Of a stretch of DNA of 64,000 nucleotides, positions 23,368 to 37,571 are shown piece after piece. The first letter of the stretch is position 1. Every line of letters starts with the position of its first letter. The stretch is taken from contig JBLDXI010000045.1 in the NCBI GenBank assembly GCA_047495785.1, positions 620,001 to 684,000 of the forward strand. The letters run 5' to 3'. The notes under the pieces are model-generated. The model was not told the origin of the DNA, ran no database searches, and saw nothing but the letters and a program-made list of their open reading frames with translations. The stretch comes from Lepidodermella squamata (Eukaryota; Animalia; Gastrotricha). The translations under genes were made by a program, and so were the position numbers.

Positions 23368-26300
23368 ATGTCGACAGCTGTTGCGAAGGCATCAAAGCAG
23401 CAGCTGCAACAACAGGCAATTTTGAACCGACGAGGAGCGAAACCAGGCGCAAAAACTGTCACTGTAGCCGAGACGCCAGAGCAAGCTGAACGCGGCCGAT
23501 TGGTTTGCAAATTCGGCTTTGAATATATTGCTTTATTGTTTCTATAGCTACAGAAAGGATTCGCTGGCACGAACATCCAATTTGTTCATTACAGTGGTGA
23601 TACTCATTACGAACCCCTAAAACTGGCAGACATTAAGGTGGAACCGATAGTTTCCGGCAAGGAAACTCTCGAGGCCGTAGTCAGGCTTGATATGCTCGAC
23701 ATCAAGTCTGAAGATGTCTACGAGAAACTTATGGCCCTCGGGAAACACCTGCATGGCTTGGCTATTCGAGATTTAGCGCTGAATTACGTTCCTAAAGATT
23801 TACAACCGATTTGGCCCAACTTGACCGCCTTGGACATGAGCGGGAATGCGCTGAACGAATTCTCCATCAGCGACGCTTTGCCTCATTTGACGCATCTGTC
23901 TGAGTTAAACCTTAATGGCAACAACCTTCAGCAACTTCCGAAAACTTTCAGAGGCCTGAAGCAACTCAAGTTTTTGTTTCTGAGCCGGAACAGGTATGGG
24001 CGGTACAATTTTTAAATGGATTTGTTCAACTTCTGAAAATTTTCAGGCTAATTACCCTCAATAATTTGGACACCCCGCTAATGCATTGGTTCGTAGCAGA
24101 TAGCAATAATTTGCAGAGTCTCGAGTCCTTCTTACTTTCAAGCAACTGCGATCGATCTCTTCAAGTTCTGGACGTCTCGCATAACGAACTAACCGTCCTA
24201 CCGAGTCAAATTCGCAATTTTCGCTCCCTGGTCGATCTCGATTTAAGCAGCAACAATATCCGCCTGTTACCTATTGAGCTATTCAAGCTTCCAAGTCTTC
24301 AGTTTTTCAACGCATCATGCAATCGCATCAGTCACGTGCCGAGCTTTTCGACTCAAACAGCAACCTTCTCGCGGTGCCAGCTTAAAACCGTTGATCTATC
24401 AGACAATGTATTATCGAAGCTACCCGAGCATTTGCTGTTTCTCGCAGATCGTGTCGATGTTGCAAATAATTCAATCAAATTTATCCGCGGCAATTTGTTA
24501 CAAAAAATTGCGTTTTACTCGAAGAAGAAATTGCGAATCGAGGGCAATCCTTTGATCTTCCCTCCAGCTAACCTTGTCGCAAATGACGGACTTCGCGGTT
24601 TGCTGAGCTTTTTCAGCGCGATTAAAAACAAAGTGAAACGGCGACAGGGCATTAAGGTGTTTGTAGTTGGTGCGAATCGGAGTGGGAAAACCAGTTTCGT
24701 TAAAAGTCTGGTCGACGAATTTCCGCACATTGCCGATGAATCGACAATGATGGCGAATTACGACGAATTTTTTGTTGATATCGACGCACCGGGAGAGCTG
24801 GGTCATTTATTAGCGGGTGATTCTCCGCCGCAGCAAGTGAATAGCGTGACCCCGTTACCGCCCGAACCTGAACCTGTCACACCGGCCCCGGTCACCCCAG
24901 CGCCGACTCCCACTCCCACGCCTACTCATCACGATGGCCACCTGCCTGATGGAAGTTGCTGCGACGGCCCTGGATCGAAGAAAGGTATAGAATTATTTTA
25001 AATAAAAAAATTTAATTATGATCGAATTTGGAAACTTGCAGTTTTAGAAAGACCCGCCGTTGTAGATAACGGAAATAATCGTACTATCGGTATTTTAAAA
25101 TGGACTGGTTTTAAATTTAAAACGCACACTAATTTTAATTTTGAATCTCTATTTCAAAGCTTGATATTATTTTAATCTTAAATTACCGTAAAATAATCGA
25201 ATAATTTTTAAGAATAATTTTTCTTAATTTAGGACTGCCTCGCGAATTTCAGGCCGTGAGAAAGCGAGTAAAGAAACGAGTTGATTCCATTGAGGCGGAA
25301 AAGGAGCTCTTAAACCCGACCCTAAAACAAAGTGACCCAGCTTCTTTATGGAAATGCGTTCAATTACCAGTTCTCGACATTTCGGGACGGGGCATGTTCG
25401 CCGCCCTACGAAAATACTTCCTAGAAGACTCGTCAATCTACATGATTGTCTTCAATTTATCAACCTTCCCCACTAAAGACCAATCGGCTTTACACGTGTC
25501 GCCAATTGGGGCTCTGTGGTACCGTGATAACATCGGCTGTTTTCTCGATGAAATTTTCTCGCTATGCAAGGAGGCTTATATCATTTTAGTCGGCAGTTTC
25601 GTCGACAAAATTCACGACCACGCCGATGTTGATAACAAATGCAACGCTGTTCTCAGAATGGCGAATGCACATCGCCAGAAGCGGATAGACACTCTGACTG
25701 ATCAGCTAAAATCTATTGAAAGTAAAACTACAATGACGATGGCCGATCAAGAGAAAATGATGGTAAAATTTTAATAATTTTTCTGAAACTTTCATGAAAT
25801 TCTTGCTTGTAGATGCTCAAAAATTTGCTGGATAAACAGCAGATAAGACTCGGAGCTCGGGTCGTCCCGTTCAGCTCGCAAGTCGAGGGGAATTATTCGA
25901 CAATCACGCTGTCGACTCTCATCGAATTACTGCAATCTGGAGCAGCTCAAGGTGAAGCCCAGGACGCATTTTTCAAACCCGCCCTAGAGCCGATAACCAA
26001 CCTCCACTCCGACATCATTGAATACATCGAAGTCCTCGCCTCATCACTGCGCTTTCCCATCGTCGACAACAGCACTTTCGAAGACATTTTCTTCAAAGAG
26101 TATCAAATAATCAGCGAGCAAATTGTGAAAAGGATACCGAAATTTCTTCATCTAACCGGGCATATCTTCTGGAGTTCGAAAACAGATGTCCTAAGTGATT
26201 TGGTCGTACTCCGACCCGAATTTATCGTCGAATTTCTAACGGCTCTTTTCGCGTTCATCTTCGACGAGAAACCCCTTCAACAATCACTGGCTAGTATGCA

Positions 26301-28286
26301 AGAAGCTGGCCGGAGGCTATACCAGTTAGGTGCTAATGACGTCCGAGATGGCAGTTTACGCTTTGTCCGAACCGGCATTCTCAACACCTACGTCGGTGAA
26401 TTGATGGTTCGGAAGGGACTGAATATTAAATCAACCGACTCGTTGATGGCCTCGCTGAATGGATCAGCAGCTGTTAACCGCTCAAGTGTCAGCAGCGTTA
26501 GCGATTTGGACCCTAGCGCTGATTTAGTCAATGATGATAGCAAATCGAAAGAGGCCGTGGCTTCAGCCCCGATTCACGTATGTGTCGAGAAGTTTTCAGT
26601 CGGTTTCCAGTTGGCATATGTTTTCGACTCCAACTCGCTTGAATATGCAACTATGTTCCATCCGAAGCTAGCTGAAATCGATTTGAAGTATCCAAGGGTT
26701 GTTGAACAGCATCAAGCTCCGCCGCCCCCGCCAAATCCAACCCCATCGGCTACGGCGAAAGACGTCAAAGAAACAAAGGATTCTGTGAGTAAACCTGAAA
26801 AGGTTCCGGAAACTCCGAAGGAGGTAATTTTTTTCCAAAATAATCAAGTTCAATTTGACAATTTTTGCTATAGAAAAAGATGGTTTCTTTTGCGGCTGCG
26901 GCTTTAAACAAGAAAAAAGAACCTAGTGGCAATAGCAATTCAAAGGGGCTAACCCTCGATATTCCAGACTCGCCAAGTACAGTCAACAGTTTTGCTGGGG
27001 GTAACACTATCGAGCGGGTCAGTTCGCCGATAAAACGCGCCGCAAGTCCGTCACGCCTGAACTCACCCAGCTACTTCGTTGAAGAGAAGGGATTCTTCGT
27101 GAAGTTGCCTAAAGCAGCTTCAGTGGTTCGGCAAGCTTTAGCCAGCTCGGCAAGTATGTCGTTTAGCCAGCAGGGTTCAGCGGGACCGGGTGGCCGATCT
27201 GAGTCGAAATCCCCGGTTTCAATGACCGGAACCGCTCAGGGCCGGAACACGGCTACGCCAGCCCCAGGTGGGTCTGGGGCTAAATTCTTGTTATACCCTT
27301 CGCTGCGGCCTGCAATCTTACCTGAAGCTTATCGACTTGCAATATCTGATGCCTGGGATTCCCTCTCGCCCGAAATGTGGATCGGAGCTTCGTTAACCTT
27401 TCCAAGCAATTACTACCCACCGTCAGCGTTTCACGAAATCGTGACAAAAGTTCGGCGTAAGGTTCAACACCTTGAATTCGGTTACGTCTGGCAAACTGGC
27501 GCCTTTGGGAAATTCATCAATTCAGCGTCGTGTTTTGTTAAATTGATTCACAGAAAAGCAGCGCCCATGAATTGCGACTTCAACTCATTGACGCCGGATG
27601 AAGAATCGAAGGGCGATAATAACGATTCGGAAAATACTCTTACTTTCGAGCTGCGAACTAGCCCGGATATTCCGTCGCCTGAATCTGCGAAACTTAACAC
27701 GGTGGCTGCATTCATGTTCAACGAAAAAACGTTACGGGAATATGTGATGAATCTATGGGAAAAGTTGTATGAAATTCTGGCTGTGGTTGAAGAGTACTGC
27801 AATGGTTTTGCGGCGTTGCTGGTCGAGAGGCGTGTTAGGTGCCCTAATTGCAGTAAGCTGGCTTTCAACGGCGAATGGACATCGCCCCGAGAGTTGCAAG
27901 CCTTCCACGAGAAGAACTGCCCGTCTTGCGGCATAGTCGTCGACACGGCTTACCTGGTCCAGCCGAAGAGTTGCCAACGCGAGTTGTGCGAGCGAATTAT
28001 GAAGGACATTCAGAAGCGAAGAGCGACTAAATTGCTGCAGCTTCAAAGCGTTGCTGATGACGATGACAACGATTCGTTGGCGAGCTCGGACGACGATGAT
28101 GACAACGCGTTTGTGCGCGGTGATGACTCAGCGCCGCCTCAGGCGCGTCGGCGCGCGCGGCGCAATGCGCAAATAGCGCGACTACCTACGAGCGGCGCAA
28201 GCAGTGCCGTGTCGAGTTCTTCGGCGAAAAGTAAAAAATCTGCACGGCTAATGGCCGATCAAAGTGAACTGTTGTCGATGATGTGA
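23368..28286 (+). CDS. Roco-family LRR-ROC-COR protein, MFHAS1-like, multi-exon
   Basis: LRRs ending in IEGNPLIFPP, P-loop VGANRSGKTS, G3-like VLDISG..YFLEDSSIYMIVFNL, G4-like ILVGSFVD, COR motif FLHLTGHIFW..VVLRPEF, and C-terminal CPNC..CPSC. Confidence 0.8.
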
Positions 28287-28983
28287 TTTTAATCAGAAAT
28301 TATAAATTTTTTACACCATTGTATTTTAGTGCCCTCTCTTCAGCACAAAAATGTAGAGAAAACGTTGAAGACACAAAAATTGGCAAACGTTTCTAATTCT
28401 CATCAGTTTCATTTTAAACCACTTTCTACATGCAGCAAATGATAATTTCGTTGAAGAAATAAAATGAACAATAATTTATATTCCGTGTGCCTCTGCAGTT
28501 TTCCCACTGGTTTATTAGTTTTTTATTATCGCGGTATAATTATTGAACTATATTTTCTGCTTTAATCTTTAGACAAACACTGAGTAGTATACGAGACAAC
28601 TGGCCGGTTTTTATCGCGTCAGCATTTTTATCGCTGGAACTTTCTCGCAGCTGAGAAAAATTCTTCGTTGATATGTAAAGGCCATAGGCGTGGTACCGGT
28701 GAGTTTATTACGGCCGGTATCATTTTTCCTAAGCTGAAAGCGTAAAAATAAAAAGAGGCACCTACGTATTGTTGGTATGGCATTGACCCTGATAATTTTA
28801 TGATGCGGTAAAATGTAATGCGAAGAGAATTCTTTTGCTAGCACTTCACACGGCTCATCTGGTGCTGAAAATTGGCTAAATTATATAATAAAATAGTATT
28901 TGCATTCCAATGAATTCGGATTTAGTCTATTACTCAGATCCTTTCCCCTCATTTTCCTAATTGATCTATGACCTTTTTAGAAA

Positions 28984-29420
28984 ATGTTTTCCTCAAAAAG
29001 TGTGAGCGTCGATTTGTCGACAGATCTTAAGCAGAAGGAGCATTTTTCCGATATAGTTTTCTACCCAGAAGATCTTGCCGAGTCGACGTCGAAAACTCGA
29101 CGAGAAATTTACGTCGAAGCACCAGGATTGAAGACTGTCACATTCCACTGGCCGAACGTTGAAGCTAATGTGGTCGTCTTACTAGGAGATTTCAACGAAT
29201 GGAGAGGCACGCCCATGACAAAAGAGTAGGTTAAATTATAATAAATGGATCAAGTATTAATTTTTGATATAGCTCCAAAGGTTTTACGACTCAAGTTAAA
29301 ATTCAGCAACCTGGTAGCTATCGATACGCGTTTCAAGTCGACGGTGTGTGGCAGGCTAACAAATTCAAGCCCGTTCTCCAGCTTCCTGATGGTCGCGAGT
29401 ATAACGTCTGCACCGTTTAA
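28984..29420 (+). CDS. Small protein with a single AMPK-beta-type glycogen-binding domain (CBM48/E-set) (exons 28984-29225, 29273-29420; 129 aa)
   Basis: VTFHW..VVLLGDFNEW..PMTK|DSKGFTTQVKIQQPGSYRYAFQVDGVW..DGREYNVCTV*, joined by a 47-nt intron. Upstream coding exons cannot be excluded because an acceptor (ttttag) lies 3 nt before the ATG. Confidence 0.75.
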
Positions 29421-29777
29421 AAAATTCACTCGTTGATGTTAATATCATGTACCTTCTACATTTTTAAATTATCGCCGGCGATCGAGTCTTGCTTGCTGTA
29501 TATCGACAGATTTTAGTCAATTAAAAGGCAATAATATTCATTTATAATTAACATTTGATTTTATTGCCACATTGATGAGTTCAGCGCATATTATATACAG
29601 GTCAGAAAAATTCGTATTAAAGCGTCATTTTTTACATCGAGACGTAACGCTTCAATAATTGAGACTGGAAGAAACAAACGCAAGAGATGACTGAATTTAT
29701 TATGGTACATACATAGAAATCGGATAAAATTGTAGCAACAATAATAATTATAATAACAATTTGATTGAGCGCGGTTT

Positions 29778-32700
29778 TCAATGAGATGCGATCCCGGATG
29801 GCGACGCGAGAGGGGCCGAGCAGCCGAATAGGGAGATGCGGACGAGCGGGCGTTCGTAGTCGTGTTGCGGCACGATCAGCTTGTTGTCGGCCGTGCGCTG
29901 CCGCACCATGTAGACGCGCACTTTCGACGCGACCACCGGCGGTTTGATGTTGATGCGCGTGTCACTCGCCGTCAACGGAATGCGAGCATCACTTGCAGAT
30001 TCGAATGACTCGGAAACTAATAGGTACAAAGTCGGTATCCGAGTCACGTTCGGCATCACAGGTCGCATATCGAATATTCGAGCAGCTCCGATCATATGCG
30101 GGCTTCCAAAATCGAACTATTCGAAAAAACACAAATCAATCACAGTTTTTACCAAATTAAAGTTTAAATGTTAAATATTCCAATGAACAAAATAATTTAA
30201 AAATAATTTAAAAAATTAAAATTGATTTTATTGATAATTAATTTTAAATGAATTTTTTTTATTGAATTTAAATTTTTTACATTTTCAAATTAAATAGAAT
30301 TCGATTTTTAAATAGATTGAAAAATCGAAAAATTTAAATTTTTTGAATTTTGAAAATTTTACCTGAACAAATGGATTGTTATCGTTATCGCTCGGCTGCC
30401 AGCAACACGGAAGTTCCACAGAGGACCGGTACCAGCCCCGTTGATCCCTGACAAATTTCGGATGGAACTGGCCCTGTTCGGACGAAGCTGATATCGCATT
30501 ATCCGGCAGCATAGCCACTAAATCGTCATCACACCACCACCACGACTGCTCACTCGGCGCCTTGGTGCTCGGCAACGGCGACCCGGCTGGAATGACGCCG
30601 GGCGGGAGGGGCCTTACGACGGGGTCTGACAGCGGAATCACAGCCGGGCCGACGGATGGAGCTTCGGCAAATACCTGGTGCATGGTTTGAAGCGGCTCGC
30701 CGTGGTTGTAGATGTTTTGCTCCTCGCTGAACGTACTCGGCGTGCCACCCATAATCGTGTACTCCAACACGAATCCGCGATGATTCCCGTCTCCTTTCGT
30801 CGGCATCGACATGAATTGAACGAAAGCGGCGTTCGATGTTGTTATCATCGTATACCCTCCGTCGAGCTTCCCGCACAGCGAGTTCAGAATCGGGTAATAC
30901 TCGCCTGGCCCATCGAAAATCACGACACGGTCCGTTGGGCACCGCTCAGATTTACTCATTGCAACCTTCGGATACGGCACCTGGCCAACATCGAATTCCT
31001 TGAAATTCAGCTGGACCTTTGTCCCACTTCGGCCGATGATTTCCCAAAGGCAAGTGTCTGACTGCGCGTAACCGCCGCGAATTCCGTAATTCGGGCTGGA
31101 AATAGTTCCTGAGTCTTGCGAGTAGATCTGCAGCCGACCTTCGCAACGAGCCAGCTGGGGCTGCGGGGCAGATGATGATTTTGGCCCCGTCAAATCGCCA
31201 ATCTTTTGCGCAATCAATTTCGGCGTAGTCTCGGCCGGAATCACGAAAAACGTCGATGGAATCGTCGTAGTCGGCGGTGTGGTCGGTTCAGTGACTGTAG
31301 TCGTTTCCTGGGTAGTTACGGCTGGCATTGTTGGAAGAGGGTTAGGTTGAAGCTGAGCGGCCATGATCATTTGGGGCGCATCAACCGATGTTACAGGCTT
31401 AGGAATCGCCCGATACGCCACTAAGAAACCAGCCGGTTTTCTAGCTTTCGGAGGAACAGACGGTCCACTCGCAAACTTTACAAATGCTTGATTGGCTTGA
31501 GTCCTAAGCAAAAAAAAATGAAGGAATTTTAATAAAAATCGTTGATCTTTATATAAATTGCGGCTCTAGAATTTGAGGCCTTCAAATGAGCCAAAATGTT
31601 CAATTTTATTAACTTATCGAGTGGTGTCAAGGGGTAACTTCGGACAAACATGTTTTTTGAAGGTTAAACAGTTTATATGCTAAAAAAAAATCTGAAATTT
31701 AAAACACAAGTGGGCACTGATATTCCTGATTTTTCTAAAAATGTTAAGATTTTTTCAATTTTATCCTGATTTTTATGGCAATTAAAAACGAGTTTGGCTA
31801 ACATTGTGCAATAAGTGGGTATAATTTTGGATGCTCATTTGCATAATATGCACGGCATTGATTTATCTTTTATGCCCCAGAGTTTTACATGTTTTATAGT
31901 TCTGGAAAATCCCAAGTTTTCTAGCCTTCAAAGTTCAAACCTGAAAATTTGATCATCCCAAGTGTCCAAGGTTACCCTTTCCACAATTACCCAGGTTACC
32001 CAGCGTTAAGGTATATTTCTTTAATAAAAAATGGCTTACATCAATCTTGCGCCTGCCGCTCCCGAATCGCGATGTTCGCCACAGAAATGGCTCAAAACAG
32101 GCGCCGACTCGTCAGGTCCGTTGAATATAGTCAGAATATCTCCTGCCGGACTCGCTTGGGCTGTATTGAACAGTGTCGACGGTGAATTCGGACAGGCGGG
32201 GCCGTCCGGGTTCAAATCAATGAGTTCAACGCGAAGTTCGACCACGGTTGCATCGTCCGGGCTGACAACCTTCCAGAAACAGACGTCATTCGACGGGTAA
32301 GTCGAGCTGTCGCGGTTCGAAAAATTAGGCGAGGCAATGCGTTTCCAAGCATTGGACATCAGACTTCGCTGCTCACTCAACAGCACAAATACCCGGCCGG
32401 AACAAGGCCCGTCGACTGTGAATACATTTTCAGCGATCGGCCGTGTCACAGCTGGCCTGGTTGTAGTTGTAGTTGTCGATGAAGTCGTCGGGGGTGTAGT
32501 TGTAGTTGTCGGCGTTGTGGTGGTTGGTGTCGCGGTAGTCGTTGTTGTAGTCGTTTTTCGGGTTGTCGAGTTCGATTTCGTGAAAAATGACTGAAACCTC
32601 CGGTCGTCGATAAATTCTTCAGTGTCCTGTTTCCGAGCGGTGGCTGAATTCAGCGTAGGATCCGGCTGTGACTCGACATACTCGACTTCGAAGCCGTAGT

Positions 32701-35700
32701 CCCCGAGACCAGGCCCGGTCGAACTGTGGAAATGCAGGGTGACTATGTTGGAGGAAGAGCGGAAATCAGCCGGGGGCATGTAGCCGCAAAACGATTCGGT
32801 GGGCGATCGACGCGCATCGGGTCCGTCGATGACAACCAGCCGGTCGCCAACGCATCCGCGGCTCTCGGCAATTTTGAAAATCTTGAACTTCAAATCAATG
32901 ACACTGCCGGGCTGCAGCAAGATTTGCCACCAACACTGCGAAAAAATGAGAAGTTATAATAACATTTTCAATCAGATAATTATCCGGCAATAAATTCAAA
33001 AAAATTCAAAAATATTCATTTAAAATCCTATTTCGAATCCCAATGATTCCATTGTATCAGGAGTATCATTAGGGTCCAAATATTTGCACCGCAAAAAATG
33101 TAAGTTCTAGCACTAAATTTTCCGATTATTTGCGATTTTGGTCTTGATTTTCTTGATCGATACCGATGCTTCCATGACATTGGCTTTTTATTTTAGCTAC
33201 CCGGTCCCATCAGCTAAATGGAAAAAAATTCGATGTTGGCTTCTAGGACCGCTGGTATCGGAAAAATGACTGATTTTGTGATATCAATACTACCTAGGAA
33301 TCGATATCGGCTCTACAGGCTCAAGTATAACTCATAAATTGACTGTTCATATCGCAAAATATGCGTAATAGCCTGATCTATCGATTGGGCATGGCAAAAT
33401 TAAAAATTAAAAAGATATTCTGGGGAAACTTTTTAAACTTGATGATGCAAAACAAATTCCGAAAAAAATTGTCACATAATTTTGCGTCATTATTTGTTGC
33501 AGATTTTAACAATTTGGTATTAGTAAACGATAATTTCTCAGGAGTAAATTCCAGAAAATAAACTAACCGAATCACCCCTTGGGTAACGTTGTCCGTTTCC
33601 GAAATTCGGCGATCTGATAACGCCCCTCGCATCCGTCAGCACAACCCTGCCATCTTTGCACCGATTCAACGCCGGAGTTATCGCAAGGAAACTCGAAGAC
33701 GCTACCGTGGTTGTAGTAGGCTTCGTAGTCGTCTGCTCTGTAGTAGTTGTAGTAGGCGCCGTCGTCGTAGTCGATGTCGTAGTAGTCGGTGTCGTCGTTG
33801 TTGTGGTCGTAGTAGTAGTCGTCGTCGTCGTCTCCGGTGTCGGCTGCGCCGTAGTCTCTTCAACTTCATTCATGCCCAACGGGTCAACCAGGGTGTAATG
33901 AGCCGCGAACCCACCCGGTACCGAGAAAGGCCCAGAGACAAATCGAATGAACAATCGATCCCCTGGACTAATGGTCTGCGGCGGTAGCTCATCCCCGCAA
34001 AACCGCCCAATCTGCGGCCGGGCGGACCCGCTGCCGATGAATAAAGCAACATGAGCCCCGATGCAATCCTCAGTCGCCGGCATGGCGAATGTCTCGAAAC
34101 TCAACCGAATTCGTTTATTATGCGGGGCGCGGATTTCCCAGAAACACATCACCCCACTTGGCAGCATATTCTCAGCGAAATCCGGCGAATTTATCACACC
34201 ACTTTTCGACGTTAGAACAGCAACACTACCGTTGCACGCCTGAACTGGCAGTAACCGTTGAGGCGGAACGGGCGGGGTGGTAATTACCGGGTAGGTCCAG
34301 ACTGGTTTAGTCGTAGGCTCCGGGGTTGTGGTCGGAGGCGGTGACGGCACGTAGTCTAAAGTGCCGTAAAGTGCCATGAACCCGACATCCTCCGCAGTTT
34401 TCGGCCTGGCATCGGTCACAAATTTCAGTAGCAACACGTTTATCGTCGAAGTGACAGGCATTGGTAGGTTATTGCCGCAAAACGTGCCTAGGATTCGGGA
34501 TAATTCCGACGAGCCGTCGTAGATGATCAGACGGTCGCGGACGCAATCTGGGCTCCACGCCACCTTAAAAACTTGGAAGCCAAGGCGGATGCGTTTCGAC
34601 GGAACTGTCCGCACCTCCCAATAGCAATTATCACTCGGCCAATACGGTCCACTGCCGAAATTTGGCGATACGACAACACCCTTGTCGCCGGTTAACAAAT
34701 TTTTCACGCCATGGCAGCCGTTGAATGCCGGGCCATTGCCGAAATTCGGCGAGTTGTCTAGGGACATTTTTGTGAAATTTCCACTTGTCGCTAAACTCGC
34801 ACCCAACTCGTTCGCGTTTTCTGGGACGTAGGAATGCAACTTCATAGGCGTATCGGGTAGCGCTAGGGTGTCGTTGATGAACCGATAGGTGATTCGAAAC
34901 CCACTCTGACGCGATGATGGCACCGGGCCTGAGGCGAATCGAACCAACAAATCTTGGCCACTCGTCAAAAATGATTCATTCGGCGTTTCAAATCCGCAAA
35001 AGTAGCCGAGGAGTGGTGATGAATCACGATCTCCGTCGTACAGCGTCAAGTTATCTACGCTGCATCTCGGCGAGGATTCAATGGAAAGTGAGTCGAAGAA
35101 GAACCGAACCCGGAAGCCAACCGGGGCGCGAACCAGCCAGAAACATAAGTCATTCGCGTAGTAGGTATTCGACGGAAAGCGGGGCGACCAGAACGAGCCT
35201 TCATGTTGCGTCATTATCTTCATCTGACCCTCGCAACGCGGCTCTTCCCTTAGGTACTCCATATCCTCAGCGCCTAATTTCAACGGCCTTCGGTTATTCA
35301 CAGTGGTTCGAGGCTGGGTTCGGGGCGGCTGGGTGGTAGGGGGTTCAGTGGCTGGTTCTTCCACCGAGGTGAAAACAGCCCTCATTCCCGCCCGCTGGCC
35401 ACTCGGCGCCCCACTCGCGAATCGAATAAAGATAGCTGGCCCACTTGATAGTACCGACTGAGGCAATTGGGACCCGCAATAAATGCCTAACGATCGGCTC
35501 GAATCAGTCGGCCCGTCGTATATAGAAACGTATTCGTGCTCACAGCGCCCGCCCGGCCCCGTCCCTGGGGATAAGTCGAAGTCTTGGAACACAATTCGAA
35601 CGCGGCGCCGTTCCGGGGCAACAATTCGCCAATTGCACATATCATCGGGCAGGTACTGGGCCCTGCCGTAGCCGGGTGACTCTATCTTACCAGTAATGCC

Positions 35701-37571
35701 ATGAATTATCGCAATTCGATCATCGCACCGCAGCGAGTTGTCAATCACTGTCGTAGGTTGGGTCGGCATGACAAATGTGGACATGTCCAAGTTGTTATTA
35801 TTGTTATTATTGCCATTGAAATTTCGGTCTTGTTGAAAATAGTAGGTTAGGGCGAAACCTGAGGATTGAACTTCGTCGTTGCTGTTGAAGAAAATCGTAA
35901 GTTGATGCCCGGATGTGACCAGCATTGGCGGCAGTTCGGTGCCACAAAATTTGCCAAGTGGCGGTGAGCCAACCGTAGGGCCGTCGTAAAGAGCGACAAA
36001 GTCCCGCTGGCAGCCGAAGCTGTCTTCAATAGCCAAAAACTCAAACACGACCCTGAAAAAATCAATAAATTTCGCTGAAATTTTCTAATATTTTAGAGCT
36101 TACTTGATGCGCTGATCATCCCTCGCGAAAATTTGCCATGTGCACGAGTCTCGAGCTGGGTAGTTTTCGCCAGCCCCGAAATTGGGTGACACAATTCGGC
36201 CACGTGGTTCAGTTAGGAGTTTCACAGCACCGCGGCAGCGCTCCTCAACCCCGCCATCCATGGATGATGAAGTCAGCTCATGCGCGTGGTCCAGCGAGAA
36301 AAATCCGGGCGCTTCCTCGGCAAAAATTTGCCCGATAAACGGCGCCATCGGTTTCGTGGGTTCCGGAGTTGTTGTGGTTGTTGTAGTCGTAGTCGTGCTG
36401 GTTGATTTCGTTCGGTGACGATGGCCGAAATGATTTCTCGCCGTATCATTGCAGCCGAAAACGCCCCATCGCAAAGTTCTACGTCAGAGACCAAAAATTA
36501 ATTTGAAGGCTTGAAAAATTTTGAAACTTACTTCCACCTATGAGCTGTTTGGGGTAGCAATCGAATGTATTTCGCGACAACGGGTGGTTCGAGGAGGTTC
36601 AACGATTTGCCCTGGGCATTTTTGTTCGCGCGGAATAGTTTTATTTTCCCATCGTATGTTTTGTAATACGTGAAATCAGCCCCGTTCAAGCCATACGCTA
36701 AGCGATACGATGTTACCCATTCGTCTAGAATATCTGAGCCTTGGGTGACTATCGCCTTAATGACTTTGCGCTCATTGAATTCGGCTTGAATGTAACTTGA
36801 ATCATCCGCCGAATTTTCGGCAGCCCAGCAGCACGCCGCTAAAGCTGTTGCTCGGTTGTCAAGTCGGGCTAACCAGGGCGGGTGGTTTCGCCACGACGAT
36901 GACGCCGTCATTTTCTGATCAGGGACATATCTCAGCATATCAACAGCTCTAAGAGCGCCATCTTCCGAGCACGTCAACTTCGCAAGACTCGCGAAATAAC
37001 CATCGTCGTCGAGTTTATCGGTACTCAGTGTCGTAGTCGCGGCGGCGGCTGTGGCCATTTCCGGGCTGATTGGGTCGTTGAGTTGCGGGTCGATATGCGG
37101 CTGGTTAAGGTGGCTGGCTGGTACGATGCTTTCGTAAAGCAACCTGAAGCCCGGGAATTGTAGCTCGTCATCTGAAACGAATTTAACGAGCAGAAAACGG
37201 CCGGAGCTTACTACCGATCTGGGCGTTTTATGGCCGCAGTACAGCCCGAGGAGTGGGGCGGTCTCGCGGCGGCCGTCATACACCGCGACGTAGTCATCGC
37301 ACTGATCCGCCCTGTCTTGGAGGCTGAAAGTTTGGAAGATAATGCGAACTTTGAGATCTGGGTCTGCGCTGGTCAGTAACCAGTAGCAAGTATCAGCCGC
37401 GTAGTAGGAGCCGTGGCCGAAGTTGGGCGAGTAGATGTAGCCCCACTTGTTGCGGACGACGATTTCCTGCCAGCGCGAGTTGCATCGCCGGCTGATGCCA
37501 ACGGTGGCCGATGCGAGGCTAATTAGCGCGGCAAGGGGTAATAAAATTTGGCGATTAGCACCGGCGGTCAT
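29778..37571 (-). CDS. Large secreted protein: CUB-FA58C-(CUB)x8-FA58C with Thr-rich mucin-like linkers
   Basis: Signal-like LLPLAALISLASA, nine CUB units (SPNF/Y..Y..D.C.W; D..YDG..LG.FCG), two discoidin domains (MTASSSW..CCWAA..AIVTQG; ISASSEQ..CCWQP..ISLFGC) and poly-Thr tracts. No transmembrane segment seen. Confidence 0.85.
31631..32012. mobile_element. Probable degenerate MITE in an intron of the CUB gene
   Basis: GGGGTAACTTCGGACA at 31631 is an imperfect inverted repeat of TGTCCAAGGTTACCC at about 31963. A second GGTTACCC copy lies near 31995, and the interior is AT-rich and non-coding. Confidence 0.4.
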
